Assembly: GCA_043228905.1 (NCBI GenBank)
Contig: JBHGNT010000003.1
Coordinates: 18,600,001 to 18,664,000, forward strand
Direction of reading: 5' to 3'
DNA: 64,000 nucleotides
Source of the DNA: Azolla caroliniana
Lineage: Eukaryota; Plantae; Polypodiophyta
Translations under genes and position numbers: made by a program
The notes under the pieces: generated by a model
The model's database searches: none
Told to the model about the DNA's origin: nothing
What the model saw: the letters and a program-made list of their open reading frames with translations, nothing else
Part shown: positions 1-10,743 of the stretch, in pieces
Position numbering within the stretch: position 1 is the stretch's first letter
Layout of the letters: the number at the start of each line of letters is the position of its first letter

Positions 1-1520
1 ATATTAGTTGGTTGCTCCAAGTCAACCAACTCGGATTCGGCTGTATTGACTTTCTATCTCCTATCATCCGACTGTGTAGAGTAGACTAGTCCTAAGTCCA
101 TAGCTATGTGAGTCGACTGGAATGACGACCCCAACTTTTGTTGTTTCCAGTCTTCAATCATCTTGTCTTCCAAGAACACAATGTCCCGACTCCTCACCAC
201 TTTCTTGTGAAGTAAATCCCATAGCTTGTGGCCGAACTCATCTTCAGAGTACCCTAGCAATATGCATGGTTTCGACTTGTTATCCAACTTTGACCTCTGG
301 TCCTTTGCAACATGCATATATGCCAAGCATCCGAACACCTTCAAGTGTTGATAGGACATATCTTTACCTATCCACACACATTGTGGGACATCACCTTTCA
401 AGGGAACTAAGGGAGACCTATTAATTAGATAGGCAGTGTTCAACATGGCGTCAGCCTAATACGACTTTCGAAGCTTTGCATGTGACAACATGCTCCTCAC
501 TCTTTCCATTATTGTTCAATTCATCCTCTCTGCAAGACCATTCAATTTAGGGGTCTTAGGCACTATATATTCTTAGACTAGTCTTATGCCTTGAATCTTG
601 CAATACGCCTCGAACTGTCCTTTGTATTCGCCACCATTGTCGGTCCAAACAACCTTCAATTTTCTTCCAGACTCTCTTTCAGCTCTGACCTGAAATTCCT
701 TAAAGACCGACAACACTTGGTCTTTCGACTTTAGCACGAAAGCACACAACTTTCTGTTGTAGTCGTCAATGAATGTCACAAAGTATTGTCCACCTCGATG
801 TGATTGAGCATTCACATAACACACATCTGTGTGGACTAATTCTAGTGCACATTCTCTTCTCTTTGGTGGTCTTGAATGAAATGTAGCTTTGTTTTGCTTT
901 CCGACCAGACACTCTACACATTTCTCCAAGTGTATCCCTTTTACTTCCGGAAGAAGTTTCTTGTCAGCCAGAATATGCATGCCTTTCTCACTCACGTGAC
1001 CAAGCCTCTTATGCCATAGCTCTCCACTTGAGTCGACTGCTGCATTTTCTCCATTCTTGGACAAATTGGCATCCATCACATACAATATCCCTTGTTTTTG
1101 TGCTTGGGCCACAATGAGATTTCCCTTACAAAACTTCTACATGCCAATTTGAAAATTACCTCTGTCACCTTCATCGTCCAATCTTCCAATCGATATCAAA
1201 TTCAGCCTGATATCAGGCACATGTCAAAAATCCTTTAGGATAAGTCTGCAACCAGTCGATGTTGTCAAACATACACTTCTGATCCCGGCTATCTTGCATG
1301 CTCCATTATCTCCCATCTTTAAACAACCATAGTCACTGGTTGTGTACTTAGATGAGAAACATTCTCTCGAGTTAAATGGAACGATGCACAAGAGTCAATC
1401 ACCCAAGTGCACTCTTCATTTGTGAGGTTTACACTTTCTTGCTCGCAAATGAACAAGAGCTCTTCTTCACTTGTAGCCACGACTGAAGTGCCCTTCACTT
1501 GTAGCCAGGACTATGCCCTT
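1..1520 (-). mobile_element. Ty1/copia (Tnt1/Tork-like, family A relative) internal fragment: protease, GAG-pre-integrase, integrase; frameshifted
   Basis: Minus strand reads ECTWVIDSCASFH (protease, ~1375-1415). ORF 573-1112 has LWHKRLGH..CVEC..LELVHTDVC..TDNGGEY (integrase). ORF 54-446 is the post-integrase region (KVFGCLAY..RSKLD.KS). The fragment breaks at a ~28-bp tandem duplication (~1465-1520). Confidence 0.9.
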
Positions 1521-1811
1521 TGTATATAAAGGACATAGGAACATTGTACAAGCTAGCGTAGTTTTGGAGCATACGTTCTCTAATATAGTACTGTCTTCTC
1601 TTATCTCTGTCTTGAGTCTCCTTTGCCTCTATCTCTGTGTCGATACATAACGTAATTGTTTGAAGGTTAGTAGCGTGTTGTCGTGAAGTATGAAAGCTTC
1701 ACATCAAAAGCCTACAATAAGATAAATACATAACTAAAATAAAAAGAACCTTGATAGTGTTTTATATAATATTATACATTATATAGGTAAATAAAGTAAA
1801 ACACTATATTA

Positions 1812-1882
1812 TGAGGACAAGAGAGGACTTGAACTAACAACCTTTACCTTATGAGCCTCACATGTTACCAATTAGCCAACAT
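1812..1882 (-). other. tRNA-like (A box/B box) degenerate module 1
   Basis: Minus strand TGGCTAATTGGTA (A box) ... GGCTCATAA (Met-like loop) ... AGTTCAAGTCC (B box) at tRNA spacing; stems pair poorly. Confidence 0.45.
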
Positions 1883-1930
1883 TCATGATATTGAAGTAAT
1901 ATATAGAAAGAAAAAGAATTGTATTATATG

Positions 1931-1998
1931 TGCTAGAGAGGACTCAAACCCACAATGTCAACTTTGAAAGCCTCACTCACTACCACTTAGCCAATACT
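1931..1998 (-). other. tRNA-like (A box/B box) degenerate module 2
   Basis: Minus strand TGGCTAAGTGGTAG ... CTTTCAA ... GGTTTGAGTCC; similar to module 1 at ~115 bp period. Confidence 0.45.
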
Positions 1999-2282
1999 CA
2001 CAACATGTCAAAAACCTACATGTTGTATTATTTGAACTTGCATTAAATAGTGTAAACATTGTAATGTATTACATGTGCACCACATAGCACACAAGCAAGA
2101 GCCTCTCGGCATGTGCGCCACATGGACCGCATGCAAGACTATCCCTTTGCTATAAAAAGAGAAGGGGATGTAGTCACAAGGATACCAAGAAATAAGATTG
2201 AATCGAATTATATTGGATCAAGAAAGAATTATAATATATCATAATGGACAAAGAGGGAGAGAGAGGTATCTTCAAAAGACTA

Positions 2283-2355
2283 GAGGAGAACTAGCTTGGT
2301 AGTTGTGGTCCTTAACTCGCAATGGAAAGGCGGTGGTTCAAGTCTTATCCTCCTC
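2283..2355 (+). other. tRNA-like module 3 (73 nt)
   Basis: GAGGAG...CTCCTC terminal 6-bp stem, TAGCTTGGTAG D-loop-like, CTCGCAA loop, GGTTCAAGTC T-loop; other stems degenerate. Confidence 0.45.
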
Positions 2356-2616
2356 GAAAGATTGAAGGTAAGATTATGGTCTACTATCAAGGAAGGGAAG
2401 AGTGGTTACTTTGTGAGACGAAAATCGAAGGTCCAATGATGCTTGCAACCATTTTGTAACTCTTTCATGATAATGATTATAAATTTCCTACATTTTCTCA
2501 AATATCATTTTATATCTTATCTTGCCATATCTCATATTTCTTAAAAATACTACCTTGCCATATCCTGTTGATCTTTATTTACTCCATCTCTACTCTTTTG
2601 TCTCTTCCTTCCATGA

Positions 2617-2932
2617 ATGGATCCTAAAAGAAAATAAAGGATTGTCTGTGGCTAACACACAAAAAGAGTTTGATAGATTGTATGAACACTTAAAGCCCGA
2701 AGAAAGAAATTCTTTGTCTTGGCAAAAGGTTGCTTTATTTTTGCAGGCAGTTGACAAGAGATATAGAAAGGAATTGGAATTTATGCTTGAAGTACCAAAT
2801 ACCGAGGATGGTATAACCGCAGATTGGAATGAGGTAACAAATGCTTGTAATAAATTTATGAAAAGAATGCAAAGGAATGGTGCAATGCTACTGTAAAGAA
2901 TCAGATATGGATTCTTGCTCTGTGTGTGTATG

Positions 2933-2989
<57 letters not shown>

Positions 2990-5900
2990 AAGTATACGCA
3001 AGGTTAAGTATATTAACAAAGGAGAAAGACTCAACGTATACAAGGTGGGAGGAGGGTGCTTTATATATAGTCACCCTCTCTCTTCATTAACTACAAGACT
3101 CATAGAGCATGGGGAATGTGAAAGCTCATAAGTTATGTGTCATAGAATATGATTCTATGACTCATACTAAATGCTAGAATACAAAGAGGTGACATAATGG
3201 TGACTCTTGACCGTTGGAGTGTCTATTCACTCTCAAGGTGAGTTCACACACTAGACCAAGTTGAGCTTGATTCTCAACAGCTACAAATACCACATGTGGG
3301 AATCACAAATCGGCTTGAGCAAAACATTGAAGTTCAAAGACTTGGTCAAGAACCATCACACAAAATGGTCCATCAACCACGAGAAATGATCGAAACTAAG
3401 AGTGAGTCCTTGCTTGATGATTTAGTTCAAAGTATGAAAGATTTAACAATTAAAGTGGCAAAGCTTGAGAATGGTCAGACTTCAAGGTCAAGGGAACCAT
3501 TTCGACCTTGATGCATGTGGTGCGATAGTCTCGAACATTGATTACGTGATTGTGAAGAATATAAAGACATGGAAAATCGAGACTTGGTGTATTGGAAAAA
3601 TGGTAACATTTATTTAACTGAAACTAGAAGTCCACTTACAAAGAACTTTGGTGATGGTGGTGTTAAGGTTAAATTTGAAGAAGCTGAAACAAAGAAGGCT
3701 TCCGCAATATACTACTCGTCAACGGCAAGAATGCATCTCGAACCATGTCGATCATCATTTTGGGAGAAGGTTGTAAGTTCCACACAAAAGATGAAGATGG
3801 AAGACCTTCGTGTTGCCGGAGATTTTGTAAGGAAAAATATTGGATGGGATGTTCCGGTAGATGCTATGACAGTCTATGCTCAGATGGTAGAACACCAAGA
3901 GCCTGAGGTGATTGTGGAAGAAAAAAGGAAAAGGCCGGGTGATGAGATTGGCTCAACAAAAAAGCATGAGACAAGAGAAAGCAAAAGAAAAGAGATGGAC
4001 GCAAAAGTCGAAAAAGGTAAATCTGGTCCTTCATTCAAATTAATGTCTGATATTGAAAATGATACAGATTTAAAGAAAGTTTTAGAAATAAGAATACTAG
4101 ACAATCGAGTAGAATTTAGACTAAGAGAAGTGTTAGGTATTGCGGAAAAGGAATTTCATGATGAAATAATTGATATTGTGCGAAGAAAGAAGTAAGTAAA
4201 TGAGCAGGTTAAAGAGACAAATCCAAAGGTGGCATATGAAGTGGTGAGCAACGAGTCGAACAATATCATTGTTGACTCTCAACATGCATCAACCGCAATG
4301 ATAAGTTCAACAGATACAAGAAGCCACTACTCTCGCAAATGTTGGGCAAGAGCCACTACTGAGCATCATGTGAAGATTGGAAATGTTCCGAACCCGGTGA
4401 TGGCACATATTGATCATGGTTCTGAAATAAATATAATGAGTGCTGATTTTTACAGGAAAGGTATAGGGCCAATTGATACTCAGCATGGTTGGCGCATAAA
4501 AGCAGCCACATCAGTCACCCAAGATTTATTTGGTGCATGACCAAATGTAAAGTTTATTATTGGTGATATAGAGGTAGATCAACATTTCTTTGTGCAGGAA
4601 GGATCTACCTATCCGATAATCTTGGGGCAACCATACATCACAACGGTACAGATGGAGACCAAAGTCCTCGACAATGGTTCTGCTTATGCAAAAACCCGTA
4701 GCCAAGATGGACGACGAACTGTACAATTTATGACAGTTCACCCAAATCATGAGAGGAACAAGCAAGAGCTTCGTGATCATTCGATACCAAAAGAATGTGA
4801 TGATTTTGATAATCAGGTTTTTGACTAGGACTGAACTGCAAATGAGGGTTGCAATAGTCCCATTATTAAAAGACCCTCACGTAGGGCATTACAACATATG
4901 AATAAGTCATTTCATGTTTCTAAAAGTGGTGCTATATGTGTGATTAAGATGTATGAATGCAAGAGGAACTTCAAAAAGAATGCTAATTTGTTTCAACAGG
5001 CATTGAAGGATAATGGAGTACTTGAAATGGAAGAGCAGATTGAAAGTGTTATGGAAGAAATTTCTTTTGCAAATACTATAGAAGAGTTAGAAATGTATTT
5101 GAAAAAAGATGATGAGAGTGTTAGAAAGATACATGTAAACTCAATTGATATGTATTATGAGATTGATAGGTATAATTGTAAGTATGAAGAATTAGAAAGT
5201 TTATGTAATACAAATACAAAACAATAGATAAAAAGGTCAAACTTGTTGTAGTACCTTTACCTATTGGCAGTGAAGAGAACATGGAGGCAGCATCAACCGA
5301 GCCTATGCGTCGACCAATAGAGAAGATCAGACATCACTTCACTTTGGAGACAATAAATAACTTGAGAATCGGAGGGGGTGAATTTCTTCTACAATCAGAG
5401 ATCGTGACTTTCAAAGAAATGATCTTTAGGCATGGGAAAGCGTTCGCATTCAAAGCTGAGGAGATTGGTTGTGTAGATCCAAAGGTGGTGACGCCAATGG
5501 TAATATTTACTATCCCTCATATTCCTTGGAATTTTAAACCTACTGCAGTACCGAGAGCTCGATTGCCTCAGTTGTTGGAGCTACTGAAGGATAAAGTCAA
5601 GATGAAGATTTTAGAGCCTTCCAACGCACCATATTCCAACCGATGGTTCACCGTTCCAAAGAAAGATGGTTCTCTAAGATTCATTCAAGATCTACAACCA
5701 GTCAACAAAGTCACAATCCGAAATGCAGGAATCAGACCGATCGTTGATGAATTTGCGGAAGCTTTTGCTGGGAGAGCGATTTACTCTATGGGAGACCTAT
5801 ATTCAGGATACGACCAATTTCAACTAGCAATTGATAGTCCCAATATCACAACAATGAAAACACCAATTGGGTTGGTTCGAATGTGCACTCTACCTCAAGG

Positions 5901-6308
5901 TGCAACAAATTATGTTGCTCATATGATGAATGCAATGAACAAAGTTCTACATGAGTACATCCCAAAGGTAACTATGCCATTTTTAGATGATATTCCTATT
6001 AAAGGATGCTTAGATAGAGAGAAAGATGAGACTTTGGTTGGAAATGGTTGCAGAAAGTTTGTGATGGATCACATTAATGATTGTGAAAGTATTTTAAATA
6101 AGCTTGAGCAGGTACATTTGACACTATCAGGAACAAAGTCAAGCTTTGGGCAGAACGAAGTTCTGATAGTTGGTCATATGTGTGGCTGGTATGGGAGGAA
6201 GCCTTCACCGATCAAAATTAACGCAATACAAAATATGGAGGAGGTTTGCGAATTGGTAACAGAGGTGGGAAGATTTTTAGGTGCATGTGTGTTTTATCAT
6301 ATTTGGTT
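2617..6308 (+). mobile_element. Ty3/gypsy element, atypical for seed plants (fungal/charophyte-type RT); gag-PR-RT pseudogene, 3'-truncated
   Basis: Gag ORFs 2522-2896/3296-4195 with knuckle CMWCDSLEH*LRDC (~3510-3555); protease IDHGSEINIM (4229-4540); RT 5281-6308 with WFTVPKKDGSLRFIQDLQPVN, DLYSGYDQ, LPQGATN, FLDD. It ends abruptly at GACVFYHIW, where copia gag sequence begins. Confidence 0.85.
2892..3279 (-). mobile_element. Solo LTR of copia family C inserted in gypsy gag
   Basis: TGTAAAGAATC...TTCTCAACA matches the LTRs at 24679-25057 and 29745-30125; flanked by perfect 5-bp TSD GCTAC (2887-2891, 3280-3284). Confidence 0.95.
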
Positions 6309-6529
6309 ACTATTCAGTGTGGAAGTCGAAGATGAGGAATATGCTCCTGGTTAAAGATCTTTGGTTGCCGGTTCAGTTTGGGGACAAGAGACCGAACAAA
6401 ATCGATGCCACGGTATGGGAGGTGATGCACATGAAGACAACGGCATACATACGGTGCTTCATCGACATGAGCCTATACAACAACTTCAATGAAGAGAGCA
6501 AGTCTCATGAGCTCTGGGAGAAGATCGGC
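6309..6529 (+). pseudogene. Copia family A gag stub (duplicated segment)
   Basis: NYSVWKSKMR..LWLPVQFG..ELWEKIG, near-identical to 8006-8226 and 10495-10715; joined to the same 28-bp flank as the 10495 copy. Confidence 0.9.
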
Positions 6530-6557
6530 TTTGTTTTTCCCTGTGAGCAAGTGAACG

Positions 6558-6967
6558 TGTGAACGATTACTTGCGGAAGCGTTAGAAAACAGAGAAAGCA
6601 GAGAAAGCAGAGAATACACAGAGTACACGGGAGAGACAGAGAGAGCGGAACGTAAAAGCTATATTCAAAAACGATATATTCACTCTCTGTCTTTACAACT
6701 GTGCTCAATAGCACTATTTATACAAGTCCTCGTGGGAGTGACAGAAGTACCGCGTACTTCAATGCTCGCACGAGCATCTGACACTTACTACGAGACTATA
6801 ACTGCCTAGTAGTCTAAACTAATACTAGGCTTCCGGTTACCTATTGGATCCGGCTAACCGGCTCCCTAGCTCACCGGCTTTGTTGGTTGCCGGCTTACCG
6901 ATCCGTCTCGCTCACCGGCTCAGGCTTATTCAGCCGATCCGGCTCCAGTTGACCTTGCCGCTCAACA
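6558..6967 (-). repeat. Copia family B 3' LTR (duplicate copy 1)
   Basis: TGTGAACG...CCGCTCAACA, 410 bp; preceded by GAACG (TSD) and followed by the minus-strand PPT CTCCCCCTCAAG. Confidence 0.95.
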
Positions 6968-7370
6968 CTCCCCCTCAAGCTCAACTTGAGGTTGGATCCT
7001 AGTGTCAGCCTCTGTGGCAGTCGGTTCTCCCAACCGACTTCTCCTGGTGTCGCTCTGCCTTGATCGCGCTCCTTGTCCGGTCCGGTCCCGTTTGCTGTGA
7101 CCCCTCTAGTTCTGCGCGCCTCGACTTTCTCGGTCGGCATGTCTCCTCAATAGGCCCCTCTCAGCTCCTTTGCTGCTATGACTCCGGCACTTGCCAATCC
7201 GTCGGTTCCTCCGCGATGACATCGACTCCCGCTGCATCCGTGTCTGCTTGGCCTTGAATTGATCCGTGTCTCCGATTCGTTCCAGCTCTTGTCCGAATCG
7301 GTTGCTCCCGATTCTTCTTATGGTTCCAAGCCCTTCACCACATGGGACCATGTCCGGGTCTTGGCCTTCT

Positions 7371-10300
7371 TGTTGGGAGATAGGTCCCTCCGGATGGGAA
7401 GGGAGAAACCGTATGACGAGTACCCGGCTACGGAGAGCCGGATGGTGCAGACCCGGTGAGGAGTGCTCATCGGATGAAGAGACATATTCGTAAATATGTT
7501 TCTGAAAGTCCATCATGGCTATATTTGTAAATATCCGAAAAGTCATATTAGTATAAATATGACTTAGGGCAAACTTTTAGTTGCGGTTGTTATTCTTGTT
7601 GGTGCAAGAAGAGAGAGAGTGCGTAACCGTGTACAGAGAGTGTGTGAGAGAGAGAGAGAACGAGGTCGTTGCCTCTGTTGAAACCGCCGCCTGTGGCGAA
7701 GATCGTGAGCACGAGGTGGTTGCCTCCATGAACTCAGTGTTGTACATTCTAACATAGTGATAGTTTGCAGCCTGTGGGCTGTCGTGGTTTTTTCCCTAGT
7801 TTGGGGTTTTCCACGTAAACATCCTGTGTACCCTTCTCTTCTTTGTGTCGTGAATTTATTTCCCGTTTTTCTGTGTATGATTCTAAGCTCGATTGGCCGA
7901 GCGTTGCGTATACGGAGCGTGCAGTTCCTATCAAGTGGTATCAGAGCGAATCGACACAGAAAATGGGCAAATCGTTGGGCGACATGTTCAAGCTCACCGG
8001 CTCCAACTATTCAGTGTGGAAGTCGAAGATGAGGGATATGCTCGTGGTTAAAGATCTTTGGTTGCCGGTTCAGTTTGGGGATAAGAGACCGGACAAAATC
8101 GATGCCACGGTATGGGAGGTGATGCACATGAAGACAACGGCATACATACGGTGCTTCATCGACATGAGCCTATACAACAACTTCAATGAAGAGAGCAAGG
8201 CTCATGAGCTCTAGGAGAAGATCGGCATAATGTTTCAAAACAAAAATGCTGTTAACCAGGTTTCGGTATTCCGGAAGCTAGTAAATGACACCCATAGCCG
8301 CAAATGGTTAAGTTCCATGCAGGATGAGATGGATTCCCTGCATGAGAACCATACGTACGAATTGGTGGAGTTGCCGAAAGGAAAGCGGGCACTCCGAAAC
8401 AAGTGGGTGTACAAGTTGAAACCGGGAGATGCCGACAACCCCCTGAGATACAAAGCCAGGATCATGGTGAAGGGGTTCCAGCAGAAAAAGGGCGTGGTCT
8501 TTGACGAGATATTTGCCCCGGTAGTAAAGATGACCTCCATCCAGACGGTGCTGAGTATAGCGGCAAGCATGGACCTCGAGGTAGAACAATTGGACGTGAA
8601 GAAGGCATTCCTTCACGGCGACCTCGAAGAGGAGATCTACATGCAGCAACCGGAGGGATTTGTGGAGAAAGGGAAGGAGCACCTGGTATGCCGGCTGAAG
8701 AAGAGCCTGTACGGACTAAAGCAGGCTCCCTGACAATGGTACCGGATGTTCGATTCCTTCATGACCGATCAAGGGTACCACAAGACGCAGGCCGATCACT
8801 GCGTGTTTGTGAAGAAGTTCGAAGGAGGCGACTTCCTGATACTCCTTCTGTACGTGGATGACATGTTGATCGTCGGACGAGACCAAGTCAAAATACGGAT
8901 GCTGAAGAAGGCCCTCAACCGGACCTTCTCAATGAAAGACTTGGGTCCGGCAAGATAGATGTTGGGCATGCATATTATCCGGAACCGGTCAGTGAAGCAA
9001 TTATGGCTATCACAAGAGAAGTACGTGAATAAGGTGCTTCACCGGTTCAACATGTCAGATGCGAAACCGGTCGGATCGACACTTCCGGCAAACTGCAGGC
9101 TATCCGGTAAGCAAAGCCCGAAGACGAAAGCAGAGAAGGCGGATATGATGAAGATTCCATATGCCTCTGCCGTCGGGAGCTTGATGTACGCAATGGTGTG
9201 TACCCGACCGGATATAGGATACGCAGTCGGAGTGGTGAGCCGGTTTATGAGCAATCCCGGCAAGGAGCACTGGAACGCGGTCAAATGGATACTCCGGTAT
9301 TTGAAGGGCACTTCAAATATGTGTCTCTGATTCGGCTCCGGAAAACCTCAACTTGACGGTTTCATTTATTCGAACATGTCGGCCGATGTGGATACCAGCC
9401 GGTCTACATCCGGGTATGTAATGACATATGCAGGGGGAGCTGTCTCGTGGCAGTCGAGGCTGTAGAAGACGGTTGCATTGTCAACCACGGAGGCGGAGTA
9501 CATGGCGGCTGTGGAAGCCGGTAAGGAAATATTATGGATGAAGGACTTCATCGGAGAGCTCGGTATCCGGCAAGATGAATACCGATTCTATTGCGACAGT
9601 CAAAGTGCCATCCATCTTGCCAAGAATGCGGCCTACCATTCCCGGACGAAGCATATCCAACGAAGATATCACTAGATCCGGGAAAGAGTAGATGACCAGG
9701 AGTTCGCACTGACGAAGATCTACACAACCGAGAACGGGTCAGATATGCTGACCAAAGTGTTGATACCCAACAAGCTGGATACATGCCGGAAGAGGATCGG
9801 ACTAGTAAGACACCCCATGCCGGAGTGAAGGGGGAGTTTGTTGGGAGACAGGTCCCTTAGGATGGGAAGGGAGAAGAACAATGTTGATGAACAAACCGTA
9901 TGACGAGTACCTGGCTACGGAGAGCCGGATGGTGCACACCCGGTGAGGAGTGCTCACCGGAGGAAGAGACATATTCGTAAATATGTTTCTGAAAGTCCAT
10001 CATGGCTATATTTGTAGATAGCCGAAAAGTCATATTAGTATAAATATGACTTAGGGCAAACTTTTAGTTGCGGTTGTTATTCTTGTTGGTGCAAGAAGAG
10101 AGAGAGTGTGTAACCGTGTACAAAGAGAGAGAGAGAGAGAGAGAGAGAACGAGGTCGTTTCCTCTGTTGAAACCGCCGCCTGTGGCGAAGATCGTGAGCA
10201 CAAGGTCGTTGCCTCCGTGAACTCACTGTTGTACATTCTAACATAGTGATAGTTTGCAGCCAGTGGGCTGCCGTGGTTTTCTCCCTAGTTTGGGGGTTTC

Positions 10301-10422
10301 CACGTAAACATCCTGTGTACCCTTCTCTTCTTTGTGTCGTGAATTTATTTCCCGTTTTTCTGTGTATGATTCTAAGCTCGATTGGCCGAGCATTGCGTAT
10401 ACAGAGCGTGCAGTTCCTGTCA
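7371..10422 (+). mobile_element. Copia family A1 (Tnt1/Tork-like) element, internally deleted (no PR/INT), nested in the family B 3' region
   Basis: LTRs 7371-7933 and 9839-10422 (TGTTGGGAGA...CA); PBS TGGTATCAGAGC 7936-7947 (iMet); gag stub fused to RT at ~8280; RT YVDDML, RNase H SRTKHI; PPT GAGTGAAGGGGGAG 9823-9836; left flank CTTCT. Confidence 0.92.
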
Positions 10423-10424
10423 AG

Positions 10425-10715
10425 TGGTATCAGAGCGAATCGACACAGAAAATGGGCGAATCGTTGGGCGGCATGTTCAAGCTCACCGGCTCCAACTATT
10501 CAGTGTGGAAGTCGAAGATGAGGGATATGCTCGTGGTTAAAGATCTTTAGTTGCCGGTTCAGTTTGGGGACAAGAGACCGAACAAAATCGATGCCACGAT
10601 ATGGGAGGTGATGCACATGAAGACAACGGCATACATACGGTGCTTCATCGACATGAGCCTATACAACAACTTCAATGAAGAGAGCAAGGCTCATGAGCTC
10701 TGGGAGAAGATCGGC
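10425..10715 (+). pseudogene. Second PBS and family A gag stub directly after a 3' LTR
   Basis: TGGTATCAGAGC at 10425, then MGESLGGMFKLTGSNYSVWKSKM...; breaks at GAGAAGATCGGC into the flank TTTGTTTTTCCCTGTGAGCAAGTGAACG. Confidence 0.9.
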
Positions 10716-10743
10716 TTTGTTTTTCCCTGTGAGCAAGTGAACG

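Noticed and set aside
1521-1705. Short TG...CA segment as the gypsy 5' LTR
   Set aside because: There is no second copy, TSD or recognisable PBS, so the boundary cannot be supported.
1812-2355. Functional tRNA genes
   Set aside because: Anticodon and T stems do not pair properly; reported only as tRNA-like modules.
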